Assembly (NCBI GenBank): GCA_037446725.1
Contig: JBBIIC010000004.1
Location: 74,891 to 138,890 of the forward strand
DNA length: 64,000 nt
From: Actinomycetota bacterium
GTDB taxonomy: Bacteria; Actinomycetota; Coriobacteriia; Anaerosomatales; SLCP01
Direction: 5' to 3'
Shown: piece after piece, positions 10,564 to 20,085 of the stretch
How the letters are laid out: every line of letters begins with the position of its first letter
Position numbering within the stretch: position 1 is the stretch's first letter
Notes under the pieces: generated by a model
The model's database searches: none
What the model saw: the letters and a program-made list of their open reading frames with translations, nothing else
What the model was told of the DNA's origin: nothing
Made by a program: the position numbers and the translations under genes

Positions 10564-11916
10564 ATGTTCGAAAGCCTCTCACAACGACTTCAGTCGGTCT
10601 TCGCTGGCCTGACAGGCAAGGGACGTCTGTCCGAGGCGGACGTGGACGCCGCCATGCGCGAGATTCGTCTCGCGCTGCTCGAGGCCGACGTGAACTTCAA
10701 GGTGGTCAAGGAGTTCGTTGGCCGCGTGCGTGCGCGCGCCGTCGGCACCGACGTGGCCAAGAGCCTCACCCCCGGGCAGATGGTCGTGCGAATCGTCCTC
10801 GATGAGCTGACGACGCTGCTTGGCGGAACCGATGCGAAGCTTACGTTCACCGGACGCGTACCCGGCTCGGTTATGCTCGTCGGTCTGCAGGGCTCGGGCA
10901 AGACGACCGCGAGTGCCAAGCTCGCGAACCTGCTCCGTAAGCAGGGTAAGCGCCCGCTGCTGGTTGCGTGCGACGTCTACAGGCCCGCGGCGATCGACCA
11001 GCTCGTCGCCCTCGGCCGGGAGCTCGACATCCCCGTCTACAGCGGAGACGGCACCGACCCTGTCCGGATCGCGCAGCAGGGCATCAAAGACGCGGTCGCC
11101 CAGATGCGTGACGTGGTGATCATCGACACAGCCGGACGCCTGCATGTCGACGACGAGATGATGACCGAGGCGGCTCGCATCAAGGAGGCTGTCCGCCCCG
11201 ACCAGGTCCTGATGGTCGTAGACGCGATGACGGGTCAGGATGCCGTGACGGCGGCCCAGGCCTTCGCAGACAGGGTGGACTTCGACGCAGTCCTCATCAC
11301 CAAGCTCGACGGTGACGCGCGCGGCGGCGCCGCGCTCTCCGTGAAACAGGTGACAGGCAAGCCGATCATGTTCGCCGGAGTGGGGGAGAAGCTCGACGCG
11401 CTCGAGCAGTTCCACCCCGACCGAATGGCCAAGCGCATACTCGGCATGGGCGACGTCGTTTCCCTCATCGAGAAGGCCGCTGAGACGGCAGACCTCGAAG
11501 CAGCGGAGGAAATGGAGGAGCGGCTGCGCAGGGCCGAGTTCACCTTCGACGACTTCCTCACCCAACTCAGACAGGTCAAGAAGATGGGCGGCCTCGGAAG
11601 CATGCTCAAGATGTTGCCTGGCGCAGGGCAGTTCAAAGGGCTTGCCGACGCCGACATCGACGAGCGCCAGCTTGACCGTGTCGCCGCCATCATCCAGTCG
11701 ATGACTGCCGCCGAACGAGCCAATCCGAAGCTCCTGAATGGATCGCGACGCGAACGCATCGCGCGCGGCGCAGGGGTGACGGTCTACGACGTCAATCAGC
11801 TGGTCAAGCAGTTCCAGGCCGCACGCAAGATGATGAAGCAGTTCCAGGCCGGCGGACCGGGCAGGGGCAGGCGAGGCCGCTACAAACTCCCTGGGGGTCT
11901 CCAACCGCCTCTGTGA
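10564..11916 (+). CDS. ffh: Signal recognition particle protein Ffh
   Basis: GLQGSGKTT, DTAGR and TKLDGDARGGAA motifs, plus a Met-rich M domain (MGGLGSMLKMLPG). Confidence 0.97.
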   Translation: MFESLSQRLQSVFAGLTGKGRLSEADVDAAMREIRLALLEADVNFKVVKEFVGRVRARAVGTDVAKSLTPGQMVVRIVLDELTTLLGGTDAKLTFTGRVPGSVMLVGLQGSGKTTASAKLANLLRKQGKRPLLVACDVYRPAAIDQLVALGRELDIPVYSGDGTDPVRIAQQGIKDAVAQMRDVVIIDTAGRLHVDDEMMTEAARIKEAVRPDQVLMVVDAMTGQDAVTAAQAFADRVDFDAVLITKLDGDARGGAALSVKQVTGKPIMFAGVGEKLDALEQFHPDRMAKRILGMGDVVSLIEKAAETADLEAAEEMEERLRRAEFTFDDFLTQLRQVKKMGGLGSMLKMLPGAGQFKGLADADIDERQLDRVAAIIQSMTAAERANPKLLNGSRRERIARGAGVTVYDVNQLVKQFQAARKMMKQFQAGGPGRGRRGRYKLPGGLQPPL

Positions 11917-11938
11917 TCCGCGAAGTTGCTCTCACAGT

Positions 11939-11960
11939 CGGCGTTCACCGTCGCCGTTTT
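11939..11960 (+). terminator. Weak intrinsic terminator after ffh
   Basis: CGGCG-ttcaccgt-CGCCG followed by TTTT. The stem is only 5 bp. Confidence 0.3.
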
Positions 11961-11987
11961 GACCCGCCCTGGGGTATGTCGTATCAT
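11959..11987 (+). promoter_or_regulatory. Candidate promoter of the rpsP operon
   Basis: TTGACC (11959-11964), 17-nt spacer, TATCAT (11982-11987). Confidence 0.5.
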
Positions 11988-12045
11988 GGGCAATCGTTTT
12001 GCGTGCGTGTGGCCGCAGTCGGCCACCCTACCCGGAGGTGAACTC

Positions 12046-12483
12046 TTGGCAGTCAAGATCCGTCTGGCTCGCGCCGGCGCGAAGAAGGCCCCCTTCTACC
12101 GCATCGTCGCAGCAGATTCGCGCTCGCCGCGCGACGGCCGTTTTATCGAGATCCTCGGCCGATACAACCCCCGCACCGAACCGAGCTTCATCGAACTCGA
12201 TGTCGAACGCACCGAGGAGTGGCTCGGCAAGGGCGCACAGATGACTGAGACCGTCGCCAAGCTCTACGAGGCGGCGAAGAACCCCGACGCCGCAGCTCCC
12301 GTCAAGGAGGCCAGACTCTCCAAGAAGGCCCAGGCGAAGGCCGCCGCGGAAGCGGAGGCACCCGCCGCGCCCCCGGCCGAGGCGGCTACTGACGCTGCCG
12401 AACCCGAGGCTGAGTCCGTGGACGCTCCCGGGGACGCTGAGCCTGAAGCTCAGGCTGAGGAGCCCTCCGAGGCTGCGGAGTAG
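12046..12483 (+). CDS. rpsP: 30S ribosomal protein S16 with an acidic Ala/Glu/Pro-rich C-terminal extension
   Basis: A TTG start is preceded by GGAGG. The product begins [34 protein letters not shown], the canonical S16 N-terminus. The upstream part of the track ORF is rejected. Confidence 0.95.
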   Translation: MAVKIRLARAGAKKAPFYRIVAADSRSPRDGRFIEILGRYNPRTEPSFIELDVERTEEWLGKGAQMTETVAKLYEAAKNPDAAAPVKEARLSKKAQAKAAAEAEAPAAPPAEAATDAAEPEAESVDAPGDAEPEAQAEEPSEAAE

Positions 12484-12491
12484 CGGCCGGC

Positions 12492-12740
12492 ATGGCAACT
12501 CCCACCGACACGGAGAGCCTCGTCCGCTACCTCGTGACTTCCCTCGTAGACGAGCCTGACTCAGTGAGCATCGCCAAGCGGGTGGCGGGGGACTCAGTGA
12601 CCTACGAGATCTCACTGCATCCCGACGACGTCGGCAAGGTCATCGGACGCCAGGGTCGTATCATCAAGGCCATCCGCACTCTCGCGCGAGCCTCGGCCGG
12701 CACGACCGGCGAGCACGTCGACGTGGAGGTCTTGGGGTAG
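12492..12740 (+). CDS. khpA: KH-domain RNA-binding protein (YlqC/KhpA family)
   Basis: 82-aa product with the VGKVIGRQGRIIKAIR GXXG KH motif, in the conserved position between rpsP and rimM. Confidence 0.85.
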   Translation: MATPTDTESLVRYLVTSLVDEPDSVSIAKRVAGDSVTYEISLHPDDVGKVIGRQGRIIKAIRTLARASAGTTGEHVDVEVLG

Positions 12741-12745
12741 CAGCC

Positions 12746-13276
12746 ATGAGTGATGCCCCCTTCGTCCCGGTGGGGCGGATCGTCAAGGTCCATGGACTGA
12801 ACGGGGAGGTATCGGTGGCTCCGGCCGCCGGTCCTCCTTTCGTTTTTCCCGAGGGACTAGCGGTCTGGATCGTGCCCCCGACATCCGTTCCCGCCGAACT
12901 AGTGATCGAGTCGGTCCGCCAGGGACCGAAAGGCCCGCTCGTGAAGCTCTCCGGGGTCGACACCCGCGCCGATGCGGAGCCTCTGCGCGGACGTACCCTG
13001 CTGGCACGCGACTCCGACCTCCCCGACGGGTGGACGGAAGTGGACGTGACCGACGTGGGGCTGAAGGTCGTCGACGTGAAACGGGGAGCGATCGGAACCG
13101 TGGCCGATGTGATCATCACGGGTGCCAATGACGTCTGGGTCGTCCACGACGGGCCCTTCGGAGAGGTGCTCGTGCCCGTGATCGACGATGTCGTCGTCGA
13201 GATCGATGAAGATGCGGGCATCGCAACCGTCCGGCTGCTTCCCGGCCTTCTGGATGAAGGGGATCTCGGGTCATGA
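12746..13276 (+). CDS. rimM: 16S rRNA processing protein RimM
   Basis: VGRIVKVHGLNGEV N-terminus and a PRC-barrel-like C-terminus, located upstream of trmD. Confidence 0.9.
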   Translation: MSDAPFVPVGRIVKVHGLNGEVSVAPAAGPPFVFPEGLAVWIVPPTSVPAELVIESVRQGPKGPLVKLSGVDTRADAEPLRGRTLLARDSDLPDGWTEVDVTDVGLKVVDVKRGAIGTVADVIITGANDVWVVHDGPFGEVLVPVIDDVVVEIDEDAGIATVRLLPGLLDEGDLGS

Positions 13277-14016
13277 TCGTCGATGTCATCACGATCTTCC
13301 CCCAGATGTTCGAGGGGCCCATGTCGACGTCGATGGTGGGCCTCGCCCGTGAACGCGGACTCCTCGAGCTGCGAGTCCACGACCTCAGGGAGTACGCAAC
13401 CGACCGCCACCGGACGACCGATGACTACCCGTACGGGGGAGGTCCGGGCATGGTCATGAGGCCTGAACCCCTCTTCAGCGCGGTGCGGGCGGTTCGCGCG
13501 ATGGGGCCGGACTCCGCGACCGTCGTCTTCTTGACCCCGGGCGGTGAGCGCTTCACGCAGCGTACGGCGGTGACGTTTTCCGAGCTGGAACGTCTCATAC
13601 TCGTGTGCGGCCGATACGAGGGTTTCGACGAGCGCACTTTCGGCCTCGCCGACGTTCGGCTGTCCATAGGGGACTATGTGCTCACCGGGGGGGAACTGCC
13701 GGCGATGGTCGTCATCGATGCCGTAGTCCGGCTGGTGCCCGGCGTGCTCGGACACGAGGAATCGTCTGCGGATGAGTCGTTCACTGAAGGCCTCCTGGAG
13801 TATCCTCAGTACACACGCCCGGCGGACTTCGAGGGGCTGTCTGTGCCCGAGGTCCTCCTGAGCGGCGACCACGCCAGGATAGCGGCCTACCGTCGCCGGG
13901 AGGCCGTCGTACGCACTGCCCGCATGAGACCCGACCTTCTTGACGAGGCCTGTCTCTCAGGTGAGGAGCAGGCGCTCGTTGATGAACTGCTCGAAAGGAG
14001 CCCCGAACGTGACTGA
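13273..14016 (+). CDS. trmD: tRNA (guanine37-N1)-methyltransferase
   Basis: IFPQMFEGP.., DDYPYGGGPGMVM, CGRYEGFDER and LTGGELPAMV motifs. Confidence 0.95.
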   Translation: MIVDVITIFPQMFEGPMSTSMVGLARERGLLELRVHDLREYATDRHRTTDDYPYGGGPGMVMRPEPLFSAVRAVRAMGPDSATVVFLTPGGERFTQRTAVTFSELERLILVCGRYEGFDERTFGLADVRLSIGDYVLTGGELPAMVVIDAVVRLVPGVLGHEESSADESFTEGLLEYPQYTRPADFEGLSVPEVLLSGDHARIAAYRRREAVVRTARMRPDLLDEACLSGEEQALVDELLERSPERD

Positions 14017-14587
14017 CCCGAATCAGACTGCGCCGGTCGCCGAGACCGAGAAGTCAGGAGGCAACTTGGGCCGCTGGCTGCTGGAGACCGCGGTCATGAT
14101 CGCGCTGGCGTTCCTTCTTGCCCAGGGTATCAAGACCTTCGTCATGCAGCCCTTCGTGATCCCAACCGGCTCGATGGAGCCGACGATCATGACCGGTGAT
14201 CGTGTCCTTGCCGAAAAGATCTCGACCCGCTTCCGCGAGCCGCGCCAGGGCGAGATCGTCGTCTTCGACGACCCGACCGGCCGCCACCCGCAGCTCATCA
14301 AGCGCATCATCGCTGTCGGTGGCCAGACCGTCGACATCGACGACGGCACTGTCGTCGTCGATGGCACGCCCCTCTCAGAACCCTACGTCCACGGCAAGGT
14401 GAGCGATCCGGGTACGGTACCGCTCCCCATCACGCTCGCCGACGACGAGGTCTGGCTCATGGGCGACAACCGTCCGAACTCCGGCGACAGCCGCTTCATG
14501 GGGCCGATTCCCGAGTCGATGGTGCAGGGGCGAGCGTTCGCCATCTACTGGCCGCTCAGCCGGATGGGTACCCTCGCCCTGCCCTGA
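14009..14587 (+). CDS. lepB: Signal peptidase I (paralog 2)
   Basis: GTG 14009 follows an AAAGGAG RBS and overlaps the trmD stop. TM segment, PTGSMEPTI, KRIIAVGGQ and GDNRPNSGDSR boxes. Confidence 0.9.
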   Translation: MTDPNQTAPVAETEKSGGNLGRWLLETAVMIALAFLLAQGIKTFVMQPFVIPTGSMEPTIMTGDRVLAEKISTRFREPRQGEIVVFDDPTGRHPQLIKRIIAVGGQTVDIDDGTVVVDGTPLSEPYVHGKVSDPGTVPLPITLADDEVWLMGDNRPNSGDSRFMGPIPESMVQGRAFAIYWPLSRMGTLALP

Positions 14588-14605
14588 GGCTGGCCTGAGA
14601 GGGGT

Positions 14606-14633
14606 TTGCATCACGCCCGACGTGGTCTATACT
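14606..14633 (+). promoter_or_regulatory. Candidate promoter of rplS
   Basis: TTGCAT (14606-14611), 16-nt spacer, TATACT (14628-14633). Confidence 0.5.
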
Positions 14634-14686
14634 TTCGCCTTGCGCCTGAACAGCGCCTGACCGTTGAAGGACGACTGAGGACACCA

Positions 14687-15031
14687 ATGGACACTATTCG
14701 CCTGATCGAACAGCAGCAGATCCGTGACGATCATCCCGCCTTTCAGGTGGGCGACAACGTCAAGGTCCACTACCGCGTCATGGAGGGCGCCCGGGAGCGA
14801 GTGCAGGTCTTCGAAGGCCGCGTCATCCGCCGACACGGCTCGAGCAACCGCGAGACCTTCACGGTCCGCAAGATCTCGTTCGCGGTCGGTGTCGAGCGTA
14901 CCTTCCCAGTGCACTCGCCCAAGATCGTCAAGGTCGAGATCGTGGGCCGCGGCAAGGTCCGCCGCTCCAAGCTTTACTACTTGCGCGACAAGGTCGGCAA
15001 GGCCGCCCGCCTCAAGGAGAAGTCCTACTAG
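14687..15031 (+). CDS. rplS: 50S ribosomal protein L19
   Basis: The product reads [37 protein letters not shown], canonical L19. I prefer ATG 14687 over the track start at 14606. Confidence 0.96.
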   Translation: MDTIRLIEQQQIRDDHPAFQVGDNVKVHYRVMEGARERVQVFEGRVIRRHGSSNRETFTVRKISFAVGVERTFPVHSPKIVKVEIVGRGKVRRSKLYYLRDKVGKAARLKEKSY

Positions 15032-15053
15032 TCTGCGCATCTCGTGCACGCCC

Positions 15054-15090
15054 GAACGACCCCGGTACCCGCTCCGGGGTCGTTCTGTTT
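15054..15090 (+). terminator. Intrinsic terminator after rplS
   Basis: A perfect 12-bp stem, GAACGACCCCGG / CCGGGGTCGTTC, with an 8-nt loop, followed by TGTTT. Confidence 0.7.
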
Positions 15091-15125
15091 CCGCGCTATA
15101 CTCGGCGTGAGCCTGAGGAGGGCCC

Positions 15126-15905
15126 GTGCGCACATACACCGTTGCCGAAGTGAGGGCCGACCTCGCGGGAGCAGGCGGAGAGCAGCTCCGTTCGCTCATC
15201 GAGACCCATTCGCGAGACACCCGCGCTGGCATCCAGGCGGTCGTGGCCTCGGCAGCGCTTCGCCTGCGAAGGGAGACCGCCGAGGCGGAACGCCTCACGC
15301 ACCTGAGCTCCCTCGAAGACGACCTTCGGAGTGCGGGATTCAACCATGTTGCCGGGCTCGATGAGGTGGGGAGGGGAGCCCTCGCCGGTCCCCTGACCGC
15401 TGCGGCAGTCGTGCTGCCGCCCGGAGCACGCATCGAGGGCCTCGATGACTCCAAACGCCTCTCACCTGAGCGCCGAGTCCAGGTGGCCGAGCGGGTGCAT
15501 GCAACCGCACTGTGCGTCGGCGTCGCACACGTGCCCGCTCATGTCGTAGATGGGCTCGGCATGACCGCAGCACTTCGATGGGCTATGGAGCGTGCGCTCG
15601 CGCTTCTCGAACCCGCCGCCGACCACGCGGTCACGGATGGCCTGCGCATCGGCCTGAGCGTGCCTGAGACCCCGGTTGTCAAGGGAGACTCTTCGGTGGC
15701 CGCGGTCGCCGCCGCATCGGTCGTCGCGAAAGTCGCACGGGACGCCCTCATGACCTCGCTCGCGCATCGCTACCCTGAGTGGGGGTTCGATGTGAACAAG
15801 GGGTACGGCACCGCCGAGCATCTCAGCTCGATCGGCCATTACGGGCTGTGTCCACTGCATCGCCGCTCGTTCGGCCCGTGTAAAGATGCGCCCACGCTGT
15901 TCTGA
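15126..15905 (+). CDS. rnhB: Ribonuclease HII
   Basis: GLDEVGRGALAGP and DSKRLS motifs, C-terminal GYGT..H. It has an N-terminal extension of about 70 aa. Confidence 0.92.
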   Translation: MRTYTVAEVRADLAGAGGEQLRSLIETHSRDTRAGIQAVVASAALRLRRETAEAERLTHLSSLEDDLRSAGFNHVAGLDEVGRGALAGPLTAAAVVLPPGARIEGLDDSKRLSPERRVQVAERVHATALCVGVAHVPAHVVDGLGMTAALRWAMERALALLEPAADHAVTDGLRIGLSVPETPVVKGDSSVAAVAAASVVAKVARDALMTSLAHRYPEWGFDVNKGYGTAEHLSSIGHYGLCPLHRRSFGPCKDAPTLF

Positions 15906-15984
15906 ACGCTGACACCTCCCTGAGCAGACAACAGTAAGAGACTGTTTCGTGTGCCGTGGCATGCTCCGCCCGAAAGGGGGAGTC

Positions 15985-16344
15985 ATGACGCGATCAGAAC
16001 TGGCACGACGCGGCGAAGATGCGGCGGCCGCATACCTGGAGCGAATCGGCCTGACCATCGTGGAGCGCAACTGGCGTTGTACCTCCGGAGAGGCGGACAT
16101 CATCGCGCTCGATGGAAGCGCGCTGGTCATCGCGGAGGTCAAGACGCGCAGGAGCGTGTCGGCGGGCACGCCGGAGGAGGCCGTGTCACCGACGAAGCAA
16201 CGCACTCTCGTCCGTGTCGCACGACACTACCTCGCCTACGCGGGCCTGGACGAGGCAGCGGTGCGCTTCGATGTCATCGCCATCAGGCCGCTCGGGGAGG
16301 ACCGGGCACTCCTCCGGCACCACAGGGACGCTTTCACGGCATGA
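15985..16344 (+). CDS. yraN: UPF0102 endonuclease-like protein YraN
   Basis: GEDAAAAYLERIGLTIVERNWRC..GEADIIA..LVIAEVKTR is the typical YraN pattern. A GGGGGAG RBS precedes ATG 15985. Confidence 0.85.
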   Translation: MTRSELARRGEDAAAAYLERIGLTIVERNWRCTSGEADIIALDGSALVIAEVKTRRSVSAGTPEEAVSPTKQRTLVRVARHYLAYAGLDEAAVRFDVIAIRPLGEDRALLRHHRDAFTA

Positions 16345-17834
16345 GTGAACGCTACGGACAGGCCGTCATCGCCACCGCAACTATCGTCGGGACCGAACCG
16401 ATTCCCGTCGAGGTCCAGGCGGACGTGGCGCGCGGGCTGCCCGCGTTCTCGATCGTCGGGCTCGGAGACACGGCAGTACTGGAGGCCCGCGAGCGCGTCC
16501 GTTCGGCAATCCGTGCTGCGGGATACCGGTTCCCCAACGCACGAATCGTGGTGAACCTCGCGCCGGGCCCGGTACGCAAGCACGGCTCGGGTTTCGATCT
16601 TCCGATAGCACTCGGGATCCTCTCGGCCACGGGTCAGATCCCCCGCTCGCTTACCGTGCGAAGCCGCGCGGTCGGGGAACTCGCCCTCGACGGCACGGTC
16701 CGCCCCGTTCCGGGCATGCTCGCCCACGCCCTGGGAGCCCGGCGTGACAATTGCGCCCTCTTCGGGCCTGCCGAGTCGGCACACCTGGCGCTCGACCTGT
16801 CCGGGTTGGAGTACCGCAGCGTACGCACGCTCACCCGGCTCTCGCCCGCCGAGGTGTCATCGACATCGGTCACCGGCCGACAGGCTGCCGAACCAGAGCC
16901 CGACCTTGCCGACGTGATCGGACTGGATGCCGCGAAACGAGCACTCGAGGTCGCCGCGGCCGGCGGCCTCAACCTGCTCCTCATCGGCCCCCCGGGCGCG
17001 GGCAAGACGATGCTTGCCCGCAGACTGGGGCCGGTGCTGCCCGCCCTGGACGCGGAGGAGCGCATTGATACCGCCCTGGTGCACTCCGTCGCTGGTCTGA
17101 GCGAGGCGTTGGCCCTGGCAGGGCACCGTCCGTTCAGGGCGCCCCATCACAGTGCGTCACTGGCCGGGCTCGTCGGAGGAGGGACTCCGCCACGACCGGG
17201 GGAGGTGAGTCTGGCGCACAACGGGGTTCTGTTTCTTGACGAGTTCCCGGAGTTCGCACCGTCGGTGCTTCAGGCGCTTCGCCAACCTATGGAGGACGGG
17301 CGCGTCGTGCTCGTGAGAGCAGAGGGCCGGGTCACCTTCCCGGCTAGGTTCTCCCTCATAGCGGCGGCGAACCCCTGCCCGTGCGGCTATCTCGGTGATC
17401 CGGTGAAGCCCTGCGCGTGCACCGACGCGGCCGTCGCCCGATACCAGGGTCGCATCGGCGGCCCGATCCTCGACCGTATCGACATGGCCGTTACCGTCGA
17501 GCGGACCGACCCCGCACTCATCGTCGGCAGCACGCGCAGTGAGTCGTCCGCCATCGTCCGGGAGCGTGTGAGAGCTGCCCGTGAGCGCGCGACGCATGCG
17601 GGCCGGCCGGTTGCGTCGACGCTTAGCGGGTCTCAGTTGCTGGCGGCGTGCGGGATGGACCTCGCGACACGTCAGATGCTCACCGACTTCGCCCGGCACG
17701 CCCACCTGTCCGGCCGTTCCGTCACCCGGCTGATGCGCGTCGCGCGCACCGTAGCGGACCTCGACGGTGTCGAACACGTCCGGCCCTCCCATATCTCAGA
17801 GGCGCTCGCGTTTCGCAGGGAGGACCTGCGGTGA
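16341..17834 (+). CDS. comM: Mg-chelatase-like AAA+ protein ComM/YifB
   Basis: Lon-like N-domain (GLPAFSIVGL, GSGFDLPIALG), Walker A GPPGAGKTM and HNGVLFLDE. ATG 16341 overlaps the yraN stop (ATGA). The 130-aa upstream extension in the track ORF is rejected. Confidence 0.92.
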   Translation: MSERYGQAVIATATIVGTEPIPVEVQADVARGLPAFSIVGLGDTAVLEARERVRSAIRAAGYRFPNARIVVNLAPGPVRKHGSGFDLPIALGILSATGQIPRSLTVRSRAVGELALDGTVRPVPGMLAHALGARRDNCALFGPAESAHLALDLSGLEYRSVRTLTRLSPAEVSSTSVTGRQAAEPEPDLADVIGLDAAKRALEVAAAGGLNLLLIGPPGAGKTMLARRLGPVLPALDAEERIDTALVHSVAGLSEALALAGHRPFRAPHHSASLAGLVGGGTPPRPGEVSLAHNGVLFLDEFPEFAPSVLQALRQPMEDGRVVLVRAEGRVTFPARFSLIAAANPCPCGYLGDPVKPCACTDAAVARYQGRIGGPILDRIDMAVTVERTDPALIVGSTRSESSAIVRERVRAARERATHAGRPVASTLSGSQLLAACGMDLATRQMLTDFARHAHLSGRSVTRLMRVARTVADLDGVEHVRPSHISEALAFRREDLR

Positions 17835-18682
17835 GCCCGGAGCGCGGGTGCTGGCGGATCATGCGCGGTGAAGACGGTTACCCGGCGGAGCTCGAGGACC
17901 TGACTGATCCGCCCCACGCCTTGTTCGGCTGCGGAGACCCCGGGCTGCTCGGAGGCGGGCTTGCCGTGATCGGATCACGTCGCGCCACTCCGTATGGCCT
18001 CGCCAGCGCACGCATGTTCGCGGGCTGGGCGGCGGGCCACGGCGTGCCGGTCGTCTCCGGAGCTGCGGTCGGCTGCGACCTGGAGTCCCACCGGGCAGCA
18101 CTCGACGCAGGCGGCCCCACGGTTGCGGTCCTGCCCTGTGGCGCGGACGTCGACTACCCCCGGCGTGCATCGGAGACACTTGCCCGCATCCGGTCAGAGG
18201 GTGTGGTCATCTCCGAGGCGCCCTGGGGTTCCGAGCCGCAGCGATGGTCCTTCGTGCGCCGTAACCGCCTGATCGCGGCGTTGTCGGTGGCCGTTCTTGT
18301 CGTCGAGGCGGGTCTCCCAAGCGGGACCTTCAGCACCGCCGACCAGGCACTCGACATCAATCGCGACGTGTACGCCGTACCCGGATCCATCTTCGCGCCG
18401 GAGTGTAGGGGATCGAACCGTCTCATACGTCAGGGCGCGCTGCCGATGACCGACATCGCCGAACTCGCGCAGGCACTCGGTCGCGAGACCACAGCGTGCG
18501 TGCCTCCCAGAGAAGCCGATGCCGTCGTGGCGGCGCTCATCGCATCCCCTATGCGACCAGACGACGTCGCACGGGCGTTCGGTCTCGACATCGTCCAGAC
18601 CGTCCGCACGCTGGGATTGCTGGAGACCTCCGGGCGCATCTGTCGCTACACCGACGGCAGGTACGGCGCGCTTCGGAGCTGA
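17831..18682 (+). CDS. dprA: DNA processing protein DprA (Smf)
   Basis: GSRRATPYG, VVSGAAVGCD and GTFSTADQALDINRDVYAVPG Rossmann-like DprA motifs. GTG 17831 overlaps the comM stop. Confidence 0.9.
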   Translation: MSPERGCWRIMRGEDGYPAELEDLTDPPHALFGCGDPGLLGGGLAVIGSRRATPYGLASARMFAGWAAGHGVPVVSGAAVGCDLESHRAALDAGGPTVAVLPCGADVDYPRRASETLARIRSEGVVISEAPWGSEPQRWSFVRRNRLIAALSVAVLVVEAGLPSGTFSTADQALDINRDVYAVPGSIFAPECRGSNRLIRQGALPMTDIAELAQALGRETTACVPPREADAVVAALIASPMRPDDVARAFGLDIVQTVRTLGLLETSGRICRYTDGRYGALRS

Positions 18683-18734
18683 GGCGAGGTACAATGCCGA
18701 CGTCAAGGTCCCCGCCGAGAGAGGTCCCCCGCAC

Positions 18735-20084
18735 GTGTCTGCCCGCGAACGTATCCTCGTCATCGGCGCCGGGCTCGCCGGCACCGAGGCTGCCTGGCAG
18801 CTGGCCGAGCGCGGCGTTCCCGTGACGCTGCACGAGATGCGTCCCACTACGATGGGGCCTGCTCATGCCACGGGGAACGCAGCGGAGCTCGTGTGCTCCA
18901 ACTCGTTCAAGGGCACGGACCCTTCGTCTGCCACCGGCACGCTCAAGCTCGAACTCGAAGCGCTCGGCTCGCTGGTCATGAAACTCACCCGTGAGACCTC
19001 CGTGCCTGCAGGCGCCGCGCTCGCGGTCGATCGTGACCGCTTCTCACAGGCCGCCACGCAGCGCCTGGCGGCCCATCCACTCATCGAGCTCGTTCGAGGC
19101 GAGGTCACCGCAGTTCCCGAAGGACGCGTCATCGTAGCGACGGGCCCGCTCACCAGCCCCGCGATGGAGGAGTCCCTCTCGGCACTCATCGGCCCCGACC
19201 GGCTCGCCTTCTTCGACGCTGCCGCTCCGATCATCGACGCGGCCACGATCGACCGCGACGTCGCCTTCGCGGCAAGCCGCTATGGGAAGGGCGGGGGAGC
19301 GGACTACCTGAACTGCCCGTTGGACGAGCCGGAGTACCTCACCTTCAGGGCGGCCCTTGTCGGGGCCGACAGAGTCGCAGCTCACGAGTTCGAACGTGGC
19401 GACCTGTTCCAGGCCTGTCAGCCCATCGAGGAGGTAGCCCGCACCGGCGTCGACGCGCTGCGCTACGGTGCGCTCAAGCCCGTCGGTCTCACCGACCCGC
19501 GCACCGGCGGACGCCCGTGGGCGGTCGTGCAGCTTCGCCCGGAGAACTCAGCATGCACCGCCTACAACCTTGTCGGCTTCCAGACCAATCTGACCTTCCC
19601 GGAGCAGCGGCGCGTGTTCCGGATGATTCCGGCGCTGCGGGATGCCGAGTTCCTCAGGTACGGCGTCATGCACCGCAACACGTTCGTCAACGCCCCGGAA
19701 ACGCTCGACTCCACACTCGCGCTCCGCGCGGCCCGGCGGATACGTCTCGCCGGCCAGCTGACCGGAACCGAGGGCTACCTTGAGGCAGCCGCGTCGGGAC
19801 TGCTTGCCGCTCTCAACACGTTCGCCGACCTGAGCGGGGCACCCACCGTCGTGCTCCCCGAAACGACCGCGCTCGGCTCGCTCGTCGCGTACGCGACCGA
19901 TTCCGATACCACCGACTACCAGCCGATGCACGTCAACTGGGGTCTCGTCCCGCCACTCGACCCGCCCATACGCGGCAAACGGAACCGGTATGCCGCGTAC
20001 GCGGCGCGAGCTGCGGCGGACCTCACGGACCTGCTCCGTTCCCATCCGCTCTTCACCGAGCGGCGCGTCGACCGGGTGACCTGA
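18735..20084 (+). CDS. trmFO: Methylenetetrahydrofolate-tRNA-(uracil54-C5)-methyltransferase TrmFO
   Basis: VIGAGLAGTEAAWQLA FAD motif, LVCSNSFK, and GQLTGTEGYLEAAASG. Confidence 0.93.
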   Translation: MSARERILVIGAGLAGTEAAWQLAERGVPVTLHEMRPTTMGPAHATGNAAELVCSNSFKGTDPSSATGTLKLELEALGSLVMKLTRETSVPAGAALAVDRDRFSQAATQRLAAHPLIELVRGEVTAVPEGRVIVATGPLTSPAMEESLSALIGPDRLAFFDAAAPIIDAATIDRDVAFAASRYGKGGGADYLNCPLDEPEYLTFRAALVGADRVAAHEFERGDLFQACQPIEEVARTGVDALRYGALKPVGLTDPRTGGRPWAVVQLRPENSACTAYNLVGFQTNLTFPEQRRVFRMIPALRDAEFLRYGVMHRNTFVNAPETLDSTLALRAARRIRLAGQLTGTEGYLEAAASGLLAALNTFADLSGAPTVVLPETTALGSLVAYATDSDTTDYQPMHVNWGLVPPLDPPIRGKRNRYAAYAARAAADLTDLLRSHPLFTERRVDRVT

Positions 20085-20085
20085 C

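Noticed and set aside
10579-11904. Very long minus-strand ORFs. Examples are 10579-11904, 12664-13872, 31714-32934, 32283-33683, 35259-36497, 47458-49116 and 50111-51940, plus many alternative-frame plus-strand ORFs rich in Arg/Pro/Ser/Gly.
   Set aside because: Each lies entirely inside a strongly recognisable conserved plus-strand gene (ffh, rimM/trmD, proS, nusA, infB, rnj, ftsK). Their translations are low-complexity and Arg/Gly/Asp/His/Pro-biased, with no recognisable motifs. In high-G+C genomes, stop codons are rare in shadow frames, so such ORFs are expected by chance.
16341-18682. comM, dprA and (later) cinA as a natural-competence island.
   Set aside because: These genes are widely conserved housekeeping or recombination-mediator genes, and they occupy the same positions in non-competent actinobacteria. 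No com pilus or uptake genes are present in the window.
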